NCBI RefSeq assembly: GCF_006345805.1 | Contig: NW_021833123.1 | Location: forward strand, 19,194 to 83,193 | DNA: 64,000 nucleotides | Direction: 5' to 3' | Source of the DNA: Octopus sinensis | Lineage: Eukaryota | Shown: one piece after another, positions 12,855 through 26,981 of the stretch | Numbering within the stretch: position 1 is the stretch's first letter | How the letters are laid out: each line of letters starts with the position of its first letter | Position numbers and translations under genes: made by a program | The notes under the pieces: model-generated | Told to the model about the DNA's origin: nothing | Database searches by the model: none | What the model saw: only the letters and a program-made list of their open reading frames with translations

Positions 12855-14180
12855 GTAAATGTCTTTGAATATATGTATATTTATATGTGTGTGTATGTGT
12901 TGTGTGTGAGTGTGTGCATCCTTGTTGCTATGTTTGTCTTCATCACTACCACCACCAATTAACAACCGATGTTGGTTCGTTTACGTCACCGTAAATTAAG
13001 CAGCGCGGCAAAAGACACTGATAGAATAACTAGCAGAAATAAAAAGAAAAATTAGTACCGTGGTCAATTCTGTCTTTTTTTTTGTGTTTTTTTTTTAACT
13101 ATAACCCTTTAATGTAGTGCCCAAGCAAGACCTCTCCAAGACTAACGACCGAAACAAATAAAAGATCAACACATGTCCTTGTTCCGAACACTGGCAACTC
13201 AGGTTACACAAATGCCTACTTGTCCCTCTTTGATTCGGCGGAGCTGCGTCACGTTCTGTCGTATCTAGTCATACACATCATAAAACATTCTGTTGCATGC
13301 AATGAAATGTGTAGGCGAATCCTTTGGCAAAAAGCGACTGATTAGACATAATTATGCATGATCATACACACTACACGACACATTTTCTTACGTGTATACA
13401 AAACTACTTAATCTTGGTGTCAAGAACATTTGAGATTAAACCTTCAAGATGGCGAATGCACGCGAACAGCAATCAGGTTATCATGATATTTTTGTTTGTT
13501 TATTTATTTACTTATTTATTTGAATCTCCTTAGATTTTCTTCTGACACAAAAATAATACAAGTCAACGAGTCACGCGTTCAGTTGTGGATTGTTATAGCT
13601 GATTCATTCAATGTATGGAACCGTATAAACATTCTGTTACACAGAATTTCTGATTAGCATGGACAAAAAAGAAAAAAATAAGGAAAAAGAAACTTAAAAA
13701 AGCAAACCGAGTTTATTAATCATTCATAAACACACTATATAAAATAATCTATTATATGTATGTATGTACGTATGTATGTATGTTTGTATGTATGTATGTA
13801 TATATGTATGTATGTATGTATCTATCTATCTATCTATCTATGTAGATAGGTAGGTATGTATATATAGATATGTATACATATATACATACATATATATATA
13901 TATATATATAATATATATATATATATGCACGTATGTATGTATAAATATATATGTGTATACATGCATATATATATGCTTGTTACTGCTAAGATTATTTTTC
14001 TGTTGTTTATTTATATACTTGTGTCTCACTATGTCTCTCTTTATATATACACATACATATATTTATATACATGTATGTATGTTATATATGCATGTATGTA
14101 TGTATATATATATATATATATATATACTTGTAAATGTCTTTGAATATATGTATATTTATATGTGTGTGTATGTGTGTGTG
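11615..14180. repeat. Tandem duplication, two copies of ~1285 bp
   Basis: gcatccttgttgctatg at 11631 and 12916; near identity throughout; junctions lie in (GT)n. Confidence 0.95.
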
Positions 14181-14829
14181 TGTGTGAGTATGTGTGTGTT
14201 TGTGTGCATATATACGTATATATTTGTGTAAACACATGACAATATATGTTTGTTATATGTATATACATGAATGGTAAATTACTGAATTATTCATGCTAAG
14301 TGCTTCCAGAATAAGCAAGAACTACGTGTATGAGATTCAATGTTATGAAAGTTTTTTCTCTTTCTAATCAATACATAATAAACTCCACTGGTATTTATTT
14401 TATTTATTTATCTATTGTAGTTCTTGAAAGTTATTTTGGATGTTTACTCTTAATGCTTTGTTTTATCGTTCCGTGATTGGATGTTTCAAACATAGATTTC
14501 TCTCGTATATCATATTTTTTCGTTCATTTGTTAATCTGACAGACATATTGATTTTTAGTTTCTTTTTTACTTTGGCCTACAGCCACACATTTTTTAAAGA
14601 GTAACAGTGAAAGTGAGAAAGAGAGAGAGAGGGAAAGGGAGAGAAATAGAGAGAGAGAGAGAGAGAGAGACCGTACAGACAATTACATTCATATCTGAAC
14701 ATACTGCTCATAATATTATCGACCCCAGAATTATAAAAGTAAAGTATAAACTTAGCTTGGTTTGAACTCAGAATGTAACATGATTCAAATAAATATAAGA
14801 AACAAATATTCTTTCTATGGAAATAATTC

Positions 14830-15045
14830 TGACAAAATTTGGCACAAGACCATTAATTTTTAAGGGTTGGGGACAAGTGAATTACATCGACCTCAATACT
14901 TGAATGGTACGTTAGTTTATCGATCCCGAGAAAATGGCAGGTAAAGTTGGCATCAACGGAATAGGAAGTCAGAACGTAAAGTTTCAGAAGAAATGCTGCT
15001 GATAATTTTCTTCGACACGCTAACATTTCTGCTAACTCATTGGCT
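14830..15045 (-). mobile_element. SINE family B, diverged
   Basis: gattacatcgacc...tggtac...tcagaacgtaaa...gctaac. Confidence 0.7.
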
Positions 15046-15659
15046 TCTGTCTAGCCAAAGAAACGGAGACTATGATGGGGAATGACAATGAGTTGGATTT
15101 TATAGGATTTATCCATAAAATCTGTTCTTACTGATGAATCAAGGAGGCCAATTGTGATCGTAGTGGGCAGGAAAACGATGTAAGACCATTGACTTGGATT
15201 TGCAAAACTATGAGTGAATAGAATTGACATCAAGAAGATTGAGAAGTTAGAGCAACTCTTTGCATGAATACCTGAACTCTTTGCATGAACTCTTTGCATG
15301 AATACCCTCCCTGTACATAACTCCATGTCCTCCTACATGGCCTTGCTTTTTGCTTTTTGAGCCAAAAAATTAACTTAACTAAACTTAACTTAAAGACATA
15401 ACCAGAGTAATGAAAACGTTATAAAACACAAAGGTGAAATTAAAACTGTAATAGTTGGTGCACTCGGTACAACACACAAAATGATATCTAAAAGGTTAAA
15501 GGATATTAGAATTGGAATATATATTGTCGACCTGTAGGAAAGTACGACTCTGTATTCTGCAACCGGAAAGGGGAAATGTAGAGACGGTAAGAAAATGTAG
15601 ATTTACTTCAAGAATATCATTCTGACGTAGTAGCTGAAGGTAAATGTCACCATCTTCTG

Positions 15660-15845
15660 GTATTTTCCTGTCAACACTGATTAGACAATAAAGTATAATC
15701 GACCAGATATAATTATTATAGACTTGTAAGGAAATGTAACTGGCCCAGCTGATGAGAATATATTACTGAAGGAATTTGAAAGCCTTAGTAAATACAAGGA
15801 CCTGTAAATTGGTATACAAAAGATGTGCCATCTTTAAGCAAGTAA
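15660..15845 (+). pseudogene. RLE-domain fragment of an R4/Dong-type non-LTR element
   Basis: Decayed NRPDII...P.DENI..KEFE.LSKYKDL...QKM.HL. Confidence 0.7.
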
Positions 15846-15854
15846 AATAATCTT

Positions 15855-16280
15855 TTCTACTCTAGGCACAAGGCCCAAAATTTTGGGGGAGGTGAGGCCA
15901 GTCGATTATATCGATTCCAGCAAATGGTACTTAATTTATCGACCCTGAAAGGATGAAAGTCAAAGTCCACCTCGGTGGAATTTGAACTCAGAACGTAAAG
16001 ACAGACGAAATACTGCTAAGCATTTCGCTCGGCCTAGTAACATTTCTTATTTCTTTATTGTCCTCAAGGGGCTAAACATAGAGAGGACAAACAAGGACAG
16101 GCAAAGGGATTAAGTCGATTACATCGACCTCAGTGCGTAACTAGTACTTAATTTATCGACCCCCGAAAGGATGAAAGGCAAAGTCGACCTCGGCAGAATT
16201 TGAACTCAGAACGTAACGGCAGACGAAATACCGCAAAGCATTTCGCCCGGTGTGCTAACGTTTCTGCCAGCTCGTCGCCT
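15855..16280 (-). mobile_element. Two adjacent SINE family B copies
   Basis: Two blocks of atcgaccc..gaaaggatgaaag..cctcgg..atttgaactcagaacgtaa; the second has the tail tttctttattg. Confidence 0.9.
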
Positions 16281-16682
16281 TTATATAGAATCATATTGAA
16301 TCACAAAATACATCTATAAATCTATCGAGAGCTTCTTATTATAATCGGTGTTTTTCAGAAACAAGAACATGCCGGCATTAAATGTTATTTACACATAAAA
16401 TTTGTTGTATCGTGGGAGAGTAAATATACCAATAATAAACACAAGCATTGTTTCTATTTCACTTCCTAAATTATCATTAGTCAATTGTTTAACCATCTAA
16501 TGAACTAACTCATCAATTGTTTCATTAATCGACCTGAAAGAAATCTGGATTAGGAAGGACATGTTCCTAATGAGGTCGGCAATGGCGACTGAAGGACTTT
16601 GACAAATCTAGCTGAGTGATTGTTAGACTGAACGATAAATCAAGCAATGTATTAGTTAATTAAATATTATTTAACTATAATC

Positions 16683-16797
<115 letters not shown>

Positions 16798-16799
16798 TG

Positions 16800-17260
16800 G
16801 TTCAGGTGAATCGTCTAGACATAATTATAAAAGACAGGGAAGAAAATACTTGTAGACTAATAGATGTAAGTGTTCCGCTGATAAACATATATCTGTAAAG
16901 GAATTTGACAAATTAAGTAAACATAAGGACTTTTGAATTGATTTGGCATCTCAAGGCAAGAGCTGTTCTTGCTATTGTAGGTGCCCTAGGTATAATTACA
17001 AAAGGGATTCCAGAAACACCTAGATAACATCCCAGGAGAATCATGTCACAGAGAAATCCAAAAGATTGTGTTGACAAGTACTGTCCACATCCTTAGAAAA
17101 ACCCTATCCATTTAAATGTCTGTGTTATATTACTGCTCCTGCTACTTCCCCTCTCTAAGCTTTCAGTCATACTATAACGTTTCTTATCCTTCACTCACCC
17201 TAGGACGCTGAGTGTCTCGGCCAGTGATTGTGAGAAACATGCAAATTAAAAGTAAATAAG
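16800..17260 (+). mobile_element. 5'-truncated R4/Dong-type non-LTR retrotransposon (RLE domain + 3' UTR)
   Basis: NRLDIIIKD..TCRLIDVSVP..KEFDKLSK..IVGALG..EIQKIVLTSTVHILRKTLSI* with frameshifts; (AAT)n tracts on both sides. Confidence 0.85.
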
Positions 17261-17339
17261 AACAGCAGCAGCAGCAGCAACAACAACAACAACTACAATA
17301 ATAATAATGATAATAATAATAATGATAATAATAATAATA

Positions 17340-17395
<56 letters not shown>

Positions 17396-17729
17396 TACAA
17401 GTCAAACAGAACCAGCGCGAGTGATTAGTATTGGCATAATGACCCTCTCGAGACAGAGCAAGGTTTGTTTCATTACAAGAAATCACAACAAGAGTCTTGA
17501 GTTGATTCATCGTGGGAAAAATCAAGAGATAAATTACAGGCACCGCAATCTCATGTTTTTTCATTTCCTTTCTCAGCATTTACTGGAAAAAATTAATTTA
17601 CCTAATTAAATAGTTTAAATGATTAAATGCTAACAAATAAGCGTTGATTATAAAACATGAAAACCAAACAGGTTTGTAAATTTACAGTGATTCTTTGACA
17701 ATTACAAACACAAATGATAACAGGTTTTA

Positions 17730-17950
17730 TCATTTATCTTTTACTCATTGGACTGCGGCCACACTGGAGCAACGCTTTAAATGATTTAGTCAAACAGATC
17801 GACCCTAGAGCTTATTTTGTTTTTTATATGTCTGGTACTTATTCTATCAATCTTTTTTTTTTACTGAACCGAGCAACAGGGGCATAAAACCAATGCTGTT
17901 TGTGAAACGGTGGGAAAGGGACAAAGATGTACACATACGCGTGGCGCACA
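17730..17950 (-). mobile_element. SINE family A 3' part, diverged
   Basis: ggactgcggccacactggagc...ctggtacttattctatc. Confidence 0.7.
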
Positions 17951-19119
17951 CACACACACATACACAACAAACATACACACAGCAAACATACACACACATA
18001 CATATATATATATGTATAAATAATAGCCTGTAAATATCGAGTTGAAAATCCTTATAGTATAGAAAGAGTCGAAGGCTGACCTTCGACTTTGGGACAGGAA
18101 AACCCCGTCTCCTGTAGAGATGACAGGCGTTTTATGAAAGACTCTTAAGCGTTCTGAGCAAGACATTATATTTGTGTTCAGTAGTGAGGCTCCAGCTTGG
18201 GAGTTAAGGATCTTTGAGGAGTGTCGTGTAATTCATTAACCATCACGATTCTCAGCTCTACTCTGGTATGGTATAGTAGTTCTCGTCATGGAGCCCGAGT
18301 TATATGTGAAATAGCAGATAGTCATATGGCCAAGGCAGTCATGGGCAACTGTTTTCGAAAAGTGGTCAGCATAAGAAATGGCTCCTCACCAGGCGGGCCC
18401 CACTACCAAAGACATATTCAAAGTAACTTCCCGTTAGGCGTACCATTCAGAAACTCCAGTGACAGCAGTTTGCTAATGACGAAGCTAAGGACTTAGAGGA
18501 GCGCTAGTTTCTCAACGTGTATTACGCAGTCCTACCCCTGTGTGGAGACACAACGCTGTCACAAGAACCAGTACCCTTTAGATAGAGAGGTTGAGTGAAA
18601 GAGAATGATTACAGTTTAGTCTTTTTACATAGTCTGAATATTATTTAAAAAACTGCTTTGCTAATAACATTTATTTTTGGGATAATCACTGATGGGTTTG
18701 GATATTCTTATATTCTTTAATTCTTATATTCGACTTAGACATTAGGTTGAATTATATGCTTTTATACAAGCATATACAAGCACACACGCACACACACATA
18801 TACATATACATATATATATATACATATATGTACACACACACATACGTATGAATGTATGTATATACGTATAAACTAAGATAGAAAGACAGAAGATAGGAAA
18901 GAGTTAGATACATTGCACACATAGATGCAAACATGCACGCGCGCAAATACACTTGCATATATGATAATTCATACAAATAAGAGCAGTGGGTGATGAAATG
19001 CTTATCGATTTGTTGACAGTTGTTTTGTAATATGTATCTAGTTTCATCAGCCACACTGAAGTGTTCAACGCACGTATAAATCAATGCACGTATAAATCAA
19101 CAAATAGATGCAATTACGC

Positions 19120-19344
19120 GGCGAGCTGGCAGAAACGTTAGCACGCCAGATGAAATACTGGTATTTCGTCTGCCGTTATTTTCTGAGTTCAAATTCCGCC
19201 GAGGTCGACTTTGCCATTCATCCTTTCGGGGTCGATAAATTAAGTACCATTTACTCACTGGGGTCGATGTAATCGACTTAATCCGTTTGTCTGTCCTTGT
19301 TTTGTCCCCTCTATGTTTAACCTCTTGTGGGCAATAAAGAAATA
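19120..19344 (+). mobile_element. SINE family B, full length
   Basis: ggcgagctggcagaaacgttagc...gagttcaaattcc (B box)...gtgggcaataaagaaata. Confidence 0.9.
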
Positions 19345-19503
19345 GCACCTATATTGATTTATATATGTGCTGGAACATGATGAGTCAGATTGCTCACCAG
19401 AATAGTTTATAGCCAGTAAATATTCCGCCTGGCTCAGTTTAGCCACGTTACTTCATTATATGATGTATTTCTTAATCTTCCTCACGTTATAGATACATTA
19501 TCA

Positions 19504-19851
19504 CCCATTGCCTTCATCAGTGTCGGTACTCCTGACATAAAGATACGGGTAGCGCTGACCACTTGGTATAAATCACTAATGACTTTTATCCTTTTATTAT
19601 ACTCTTTTATTCTTTTACTTGTTTCAGTCATTTGACTGCAGTCAGGCTGGAGCACCGCCTTTAGTCGAGCAAGTCGATCCCAGGACTTATTCTTTGTAAG
19701 CCTAGTACTTATTCTATCGTTCTCTTATGCCGAACCGCTAGGTTACGGGAACGTAAACACTCCAGCATCGGTTGTCAAGCGATGCTGGGGGGACAAACAC
19801 ACACACACACACTCACACACACACACACACACGCACGCACGCACACACACA

Positions 19852-19894
<43 letters not shown>

Positions 19895-20557
19895 TATATA
19901 CGACGGTTTTCTTTCTGTTTCCATCTATCAAACCCACTCACAAGGCTTTGGTCGGCCCGAGGCTAACGTAGAAGACACTTGCCCAAATTACCACGCCGTG
20001 GGACTGAACCCCGAACCATGTGGCTGGTAAGCAAGCTACATACCACTCAGCCACTCCTGCGTCTATAATTAATATTTGAAAAAAATATTTACTCCTTGAT
20101 CAAAACTCTATTAACTGCAGACTTTATCTTTAACACACTACACATGGCTATAAGAGAGGAATATGAATTCTACTTCGCAGCATATCTATGCGGGTCTCGA
20201 CGGATATAAGTTGAGCGAAGACGCAGTTCGTTCACATATCCATGGCTACTCGTATGTTTTTTCCAGGAGTACCGACGCTGATGAAGGCAATAGGGAATGT
20301 TTTTTCATTACTTTCAGCCCGAAACACGATCATGTATGCGGTTAACCGAAGATTTGATTCATTTTCTTTCTTTTGCTACCCTTTTATGTAGTGCGTATGT
20401 AGAGCTTATAGTGGTAATCGTGTCTCTTGACGTCTATTTTCCAGTGCGTGGTGAGGCACAAGCCAAGCCCTTGTTATACTCATTTATAAAATGTATCTAT
20501 GAGGTTTTATTTCCGCGCTGACCACTTGGTATAAATCATTAACGATTTTTACCTTTT
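19504..20557 (+). mobile_element. HHR-bearing PLE/retrozyme-like element: inverted 5' arm, ~495 bp unit, terminal direct repeat; interrupted by SINE A
   Basis: 19504-19552 is the reverse complement of ~20245-20294; ~43 bp direct repeat at 19552 and 20515; CTGATGA at 20278 and GAAA at 20321. Confidence 0.65.
19597..20065 (-). mobile_element. SINE family A, full length
   Basis: Tail, body, internal (CA)n and head cagccactcctgcgtct. Confidence 0.92.
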
Positions 20558-20649
20558 TACTATTATATGCATATATATATTATTTATATTATTATTTGAC
20601 TGAACACCACGCATCCATTTCCAAGTTTTCATATGTGTGTGTGTGTGTG

Positions 20650-20681
<32 letters not shown>

Positions 20682-20700
20682 AAGAGAGAGAGAGATAGTG

Positions 20701-20914
20701 TATGAGGGGTGGGGGCTGAAAATTTACTGAATTTGGGAAAAAGAAAATACCAGTCAATTATGAATTTATTCAACATATTCCCCTCTCAGATTCACACCCT
20801 TACTGCAGCGGTCCTTCAGTTTTCCTAAGACCAGTAAAAAATCTGAAGGTTGGGCCTCCAGCCAGGCCTTTCACGACATCTTTAAAGCCAGGAACTTTAC
20901 AGCACCCCTTCGTA
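20701..20914. mobile_element. Mariner-like MITE
   Basis: Ends tatgaggggtg..gctgaaaa / aggaactttacagcaccccttcgta; relatives at 28894 and 31345. Confidence 0.65.
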
Positions 20915-21132
20915 TATACATAAAATATACTGTTCCCTTATTGGTGGCATCAGCCAAAACGAGATGAATGTCGTTAAATATACATAGGATTTAAATTCGA
21001 GCTTGTCGGGTCATCGTGTTTTCAGCGCATGAAACTAATACTAAATCGAATTTAAATTATTTGTGTAAGCATGTATATATATATATAAATGTGTGTGTGT
21101 GTGTATAAATGCGCATATATATATATATGCAT

Positions 21133-21168
<36 letters not shown>

Positions 21169-21203
21169 CATACATACATACATACGCACTCGCACACACG
21201 TGT

Positions 21204-21315
<112 letters not shown>

Positions 21316-21703
21316 TAAATATAGATAGATAGATAGATATAGGTATAGATATACACATGCACATACAAACAAGTCAGTGAGCTTAATATGAAAAAGTTAC
21401 TTACCGAATTGCGATGTTGATAATCCAAGTTAATCCGTTGGCATATCCATTTTGCTTTTCATAGTAACATTCCGATGAATATCAGAGTAAAGTCGTATAT
21501 CCGTTGTAAAATGATAATATATATTTCCACAATGATCAAGATGGTTGTGACATTGATTACACTCGTGCAGACGTACGCGCGCGCGCGCGCGCGAACTATA
21601 CGCACACGCATAGACACACATGCCTATATATATTTTTGATTTTCTTCCATTTTCCTCTTTCATTCTCTTTCACTTTCTCCCATCTCACCATCAATCTCCT
21701 TCG

Positions 21704-21704
<1 letters not shown>

Positions 21705-21748
<44 letters not shown>

Positions 21749-21814
21749 GTTTATGTGTGTGTGTATGTGTATGTGCATACGTGTGTTTATACTTAAGTGT
21801 GTGTGTGTATATAT

Positions 21815-21862
<48 letters not shown>

Positions 21863-21959
21863 CATATATACATATATATATAGATATATATACATATATA
21901 CACACATATATATATGTATATATGTATACGTATACATACATACATACATATATATATAT

Positions 21960-22010
<51 letters not shown>

Positions 22011-22022
22011 AATACATACATA
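21705..22022. repeat. (GT)n/(TA)n microsatellite
   Basis: Directly visible. Confidence 0.95.
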
Positions 22023-23311
22023 CTTCAGTACGTATGCAGTTTTTCGCCTCGTCGTCTGTCGCTCTGTCTCTGTCGTTCTCTCTCCTTCTACACCTCTCTT
22101 TCTTTCTTAATTTCTTTCTTTATTCTTTCTCTCTTTAAATATATGTATACACATACATACTTCATATAACTATCCCTAGACAATTTAAATTATTTTATTC
22201 TAACTCTGAGAAGCGCTCCCCACCTCATACGTGTATACTTTTTTCACTGGTAATACTTTTCTGTGTACTTGCATAAATGTAAATGTTTCCCCAAATTAAA
22301 TTGCTCTTCATGATTGAAGCTCCAATGAAGCTTCAAGCACATTCTAGACGATATTCTGGCACACAACTTGTGTATTGCTTCTTATAGCAGAAACAACTCT
22401 TAAATCAATGAAATTCATAACATAATTGTTAATTCCATTTTGATCCCAATTTCCGTAATCACACAATCTTTGAAAATTGAAAGATTCACCTCTTATAACA
22501 GATGAAATACGTTAATGAAATACGGGTAGGATGAAGTCCTGAAATATTACACAAATATAATCTTCTGCTTTGTGTAAGATATATAGAAATATACACACAT
22601 GCATACATACATACACAGGTGTGTTTGTGTGCGTAAGCATGTTGGTGAGTGTATATATGAATATTTTCGTACCTATATACAAATGCATTGGTTTGTATGT
22701 GTGTGTATATAACTTTACTGTTGTTATTATGTGGTGTATTTCAGTGAGGTGTTGATGGTATATACTTGTACCACTGCATATTCCCTGCCCTTGTGATGTA
22801 ACCATAAGTTATATTTTTACAGTACATAATCCCATATTACAGTATTTCTAGTATTTCGGTGTCATTTTATATACATTTTGCGTTCATAAAAATATCAATA
22901 GAAAAAAAAATCACTATTCTAATCAATTGCTACTTGTCATCTCAGATGACTGATATTTTGCACAATGAGCTCATAGTCTGCATTTTAAGGAGAATATATA
23001 GCGTAAATTTGTGCTGTAACATTAAATATTTTTTTTGTTATTGTTGTAGTTTAACCAAAATCTGTTTTTGTTGAAACAGTCGTAAATTTAGATGGTTATC
23101 TTTTCATGGTTATTTATCGAGGATTATTGTGTTTCCTTTTTATTGTGTTTTCTTTTTATGCAGTTTGAGCGAAATTTAATTACTATTGCTTGCACATATA
23201 AAGTGTCTCATAGGCTGCTTAAGGATTTATTGCGTTTCTTGTTGACATCATGAGCGACTTGGACACCTTCACAGCGATATGCACACATACAGACACAGAT
23301 ATAAATCGTTA

Positions 23312-24045
23312 CGCTGGTCAACAAATTTTTTTCATCAAGCATATGTCACTGTGTACCTAGTGTAGTTTTTAATGCTGATTTAAAATATACAAATATTTTT
23401 TTGACATCTCCTACAGTTTTCAAGATGAGAAAATTTTTCGGTTTTAGTTCATGCATTATATAGAAATTCCAATTAATGACGTGTATGCATGTATTTCATT
23501 TACATCATGGAATCATACCTTTAAAATAAACTACATTATTCATTGCTGCATTGTTCAAATGCAATATTTCAGCATGTCTGATGAATTAGGTATTTCAACA
23601 TCTCAGCTTGTCCAGTCATAATTAATCTGATGAAATATTTCATCATCTCAAATTCAATATAAGTATAATCGATTGTATCTATTTCCTTACTTGTTTTACA
23701 GTGTTAACAATGTCAAGAAATCGTCCTGATATGTTTTGCTATGTCTGTGGGCAATTTATTGTGAAAGCTCAAAAATATACAATAACACCAGAGATCAAGC
23801 AGAGTTATAAGCTATACCTTGATTGTCCTCTTGGAGATCAGGACAAGTAATGGGCATCATGTTTTATCTGCTCAGCTTTCTCAAATGGCTTACGTGACTG
23901 GTTCAATAAGTTCACGCCTTTTGCCATTCCAATGATACGGAGGGGGCCGAAAGAGCATTTTAATGACTGTTATTTTGCAAAGTAAATGTCACAGGATTTT
24001 CTATGAAGAATAAACACAAAATCGTGTATCCCAATTTGGATTCTG
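23312..24045 (+). mobile_element. Chapaev3-like (CMC) DNA transposon 5' relic
   Basis: End cgctggtcaacaaa; decayed N.PDMFCYVCGQF..GDQDK*WA..C..C..L.DW..PFAIPMI.R.PK.H.NDCYF; family assigned from recalled motifs. Confidence 0.65.
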
Positions 24046-24049
24046 AATG

Positions 24050-24670
24050 CTGCTATAATCCTTGACTTTAGTTCATATTTGATGTTACAAAAAGTTTTGT
24101 TGGTCTCTTGCTCAACTGCGCTCCACACATAATAAAGTGGGTTGCAGTCTGGAGATTTAGGTAGCCAGATGTTAGGAGTGATGTGGTCGCAGAAATTGTC
24201 TGACAGCCATGATTGCGTTCTGCTGGTGTGGCATGGTGCGGAGTTTTGTTGTCAGACATAAAATCTTCCGACAGTCACCCTCTTCACCCAGAGCAGAACT
24301 ACTTCCTCCAGGCACTTGATGTAGGTTACTGTATTGAGTGTGAGGCCGTATAGGAACATGACTGGAGGCATAACATCGCCATCACTAGTGATCACTCCAA
24401 ACACCATGATGTTGACTGGATGTTTGATTTTTATTAGTCTCGGTACATGTCCTTAGATTGCCCTGTCTTCAGATTGACACCCAAACACAGATATTTGTAT
24501 TGGAGCTTCCAGCGCGAATGCCAAGCAGCACGGCATATCGTTTCCAAATTTCTGGCAGAGTGAATTGCTTCATGGTGCTGTTTTTCTCACAGACGGTACC
24601 CAACTGATCCTGCTATACTGTGTAGTTGACAAAAGGAAAAAGAAACAATGTGCACGCGCGAAATAAAAAA
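24050..24670 (-). mobile_element. Tc1/mariner (maT/DD37D-like) transposase relic
   Basis: Minus strand: MVFGVITSDGDVMPP, NSAPCHTS, WLPKSPDCNPL, VWSAVEQETNK. Confidence 0.75.
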
Positions 24671-24737
24671 TATTAAATAGTGACAATGTACCTATCGAAC
24701 CCTGTATATACATACACATATATATAATATATATTAT

Positions 24738-24785
<48 letters not shown>

Positions 24786-24863
24786 ATATATATAATATGT
24801 ACACAAATGTATATGTATATATGTATATATGTATATAATATAACATATGTATATATATATGTG

Positions 24864-24932
<69 letters not shown>

Positions 24933-25654
24933 ATATAACATATATATATATACATATACATACATATATATTAATACTATTAATACATACACACACACAT
25001 TTGAGCGTCCATGTATGTACGTATGTGTGTATAAATCTTAATTATCACATTTAACTTAAGTAGGATGCGTTGTTTATAACACCGTAGACTGCTGTTTTAT
25101 AAACAACACATTCAAATTAGGTTGGACGTGCTAATTAATATTCGTTACAAACATTACCACTTCTCGCTAATAATACCTCTTATATATATGTATGTATACA
25201 CACATTTCGTCTTGCCGTGACTTTATTCATTGTCTTCATCTTCCCCACCGCTTGCCCACGACTGTTGTTCACAAATTGGTCAGTGACGAGAACCAAAGAG
25301 ACGAGCAAGCATTTGCGAAATTAATGGATTTTGGGTCAAACCTCTTAATGACACTTTCGCTGATTTACCGATAATTCTTCAGACTAAACAAACAGCAAAT
25401 AAATAAATAAATTAGGAAATTAATTTTAAGTAAAAGAAGCATAAATCTAATCCATGATTCTCATAATCCGTCATTCGGTATAATCTGTCTTCTGTTTGTT
25501 TATTGGTTTGTTTGTTTGTTGTCGGCTGATATATTTCGTCTTTGTTGTTCGTAATAGAAATGGTAATTTCTCAATTGATGGCGTTGTAAACGTCCTGGAT
25601 TCTCTCACGGCACTAAATTATTAACCGTTCTCTCTCGTTAAGAACCCAAAGCCG

Positions 25655-25805
25655 TAAACCACCACCACCACCACCACCACCACCGCTGCCGCCGCCGCCA
25701 TCACCACCGCTGCCGCCGCCGCCGCTGCCATCACCACCACCAAAACCACCACAATCACTATCTCCTCCACCTCCACCATCCACCACCACCACCACCACCA
25801 CCACC

Positions 25806-25844
<39 letters not shown>

Positions 25845-26886
25845 GTTACTACAACACCGTCGTCACTACCACCATAATCTCTAATACCACTGCCACTACC
25901 ACTACACTCGTTTCCTTCATCCCCACGATTATCATCGTCACTACCATCACCAACACCACCACAACAACCATTACTACCACCAACACCATGAAAGCAACAA
26001 ACATCGCCACCATCACCACCAACACCACCACAGCAAACGCAGTCACCACATTGACTACCAACGTGGCTACCATCGAGACTTGTACCAATACCAGCATCAT
26101 CACTATCAACAACAACAACAACAACAGCAAAACAACAATGTCTTCCTCCATCACCAACACCTACATCAATGCCAGTCAGCAACACCACCAACACGAAACA
26201 CCGTCACCACCACTACCACCACCATTACCACCACTACCACCACCACCACCACCACAAGCACAAACAACAACACCACCACAGACACCTATTGCCAAATCAC
26301 AAAACCGAAGAGAAAGTTATTAATGATGATGGTGGCGGTGGCGGTGGTGTTGTTCGTGGTGGTGGTAGTGGTGGAGGTGGTGATGATAGTGGTGGGGATG
26401 GGTGGTAAGACTGGTAATGATAGGGACGGGTTATGACGATTAAATGCGTTTCTAGTGATGGTTGATGATTGGTGGAAATGGTGATAGTGATGGTGGTTCT
26501 GATGATAATGAAGAAGGAGGGTGAGGGTGATGATGAGGCTGATCGACACATGGATGGATAAAAGTGGTTGTGACGGAGATAGTGGTGGTGGTGCTGCTGC
26601 TGCTTATGATGACGACGGTGGTAGTGGCGCTCACGGTGGGGATGGTGGAGTGCTGGAGTTGGTAGTGGTGTTGATGGTGATGTGGGTGGTGGTATTGGTG
26701 TTAGTGGTAGTGTTAGCGGTGGTGAGGGTGTTATTGCTGTTGTTATTAGTGTTGTTGCTGTTAGTAGTGGTGGTGGTGGTTGTGATGGTGGTGATGGCAG
26801 TCGTGGTGGTGGTGTTGGTGGTGGTGATGGTCGTGGTGGTGTTCATGGTGGCGTTGTTGCTGTTGTTACTGTTGTTGTTGGTATTG

Positions 26887-26918
<32 letters not shown>

Positions 26919-26932
26919 GATAGTGTTAGCGG

Positions 26933-26981
<49 letters not shown>

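Noticed and set aside
15126-15185. tctta-CTGATGA...GAAA...taaga hammerhead-like match
   Set aside because: Stem II does not close next to GAAA and the cleavage position would be G; probably chance.
18040-18590. Relatively GC-rich segment with a small hairpin (agtcgaagg/ccttcgact) and 91-101 aa ORFs
   Set aside because: No recognisable protein or RNA motif; probably an old repeat that I cannot classify.
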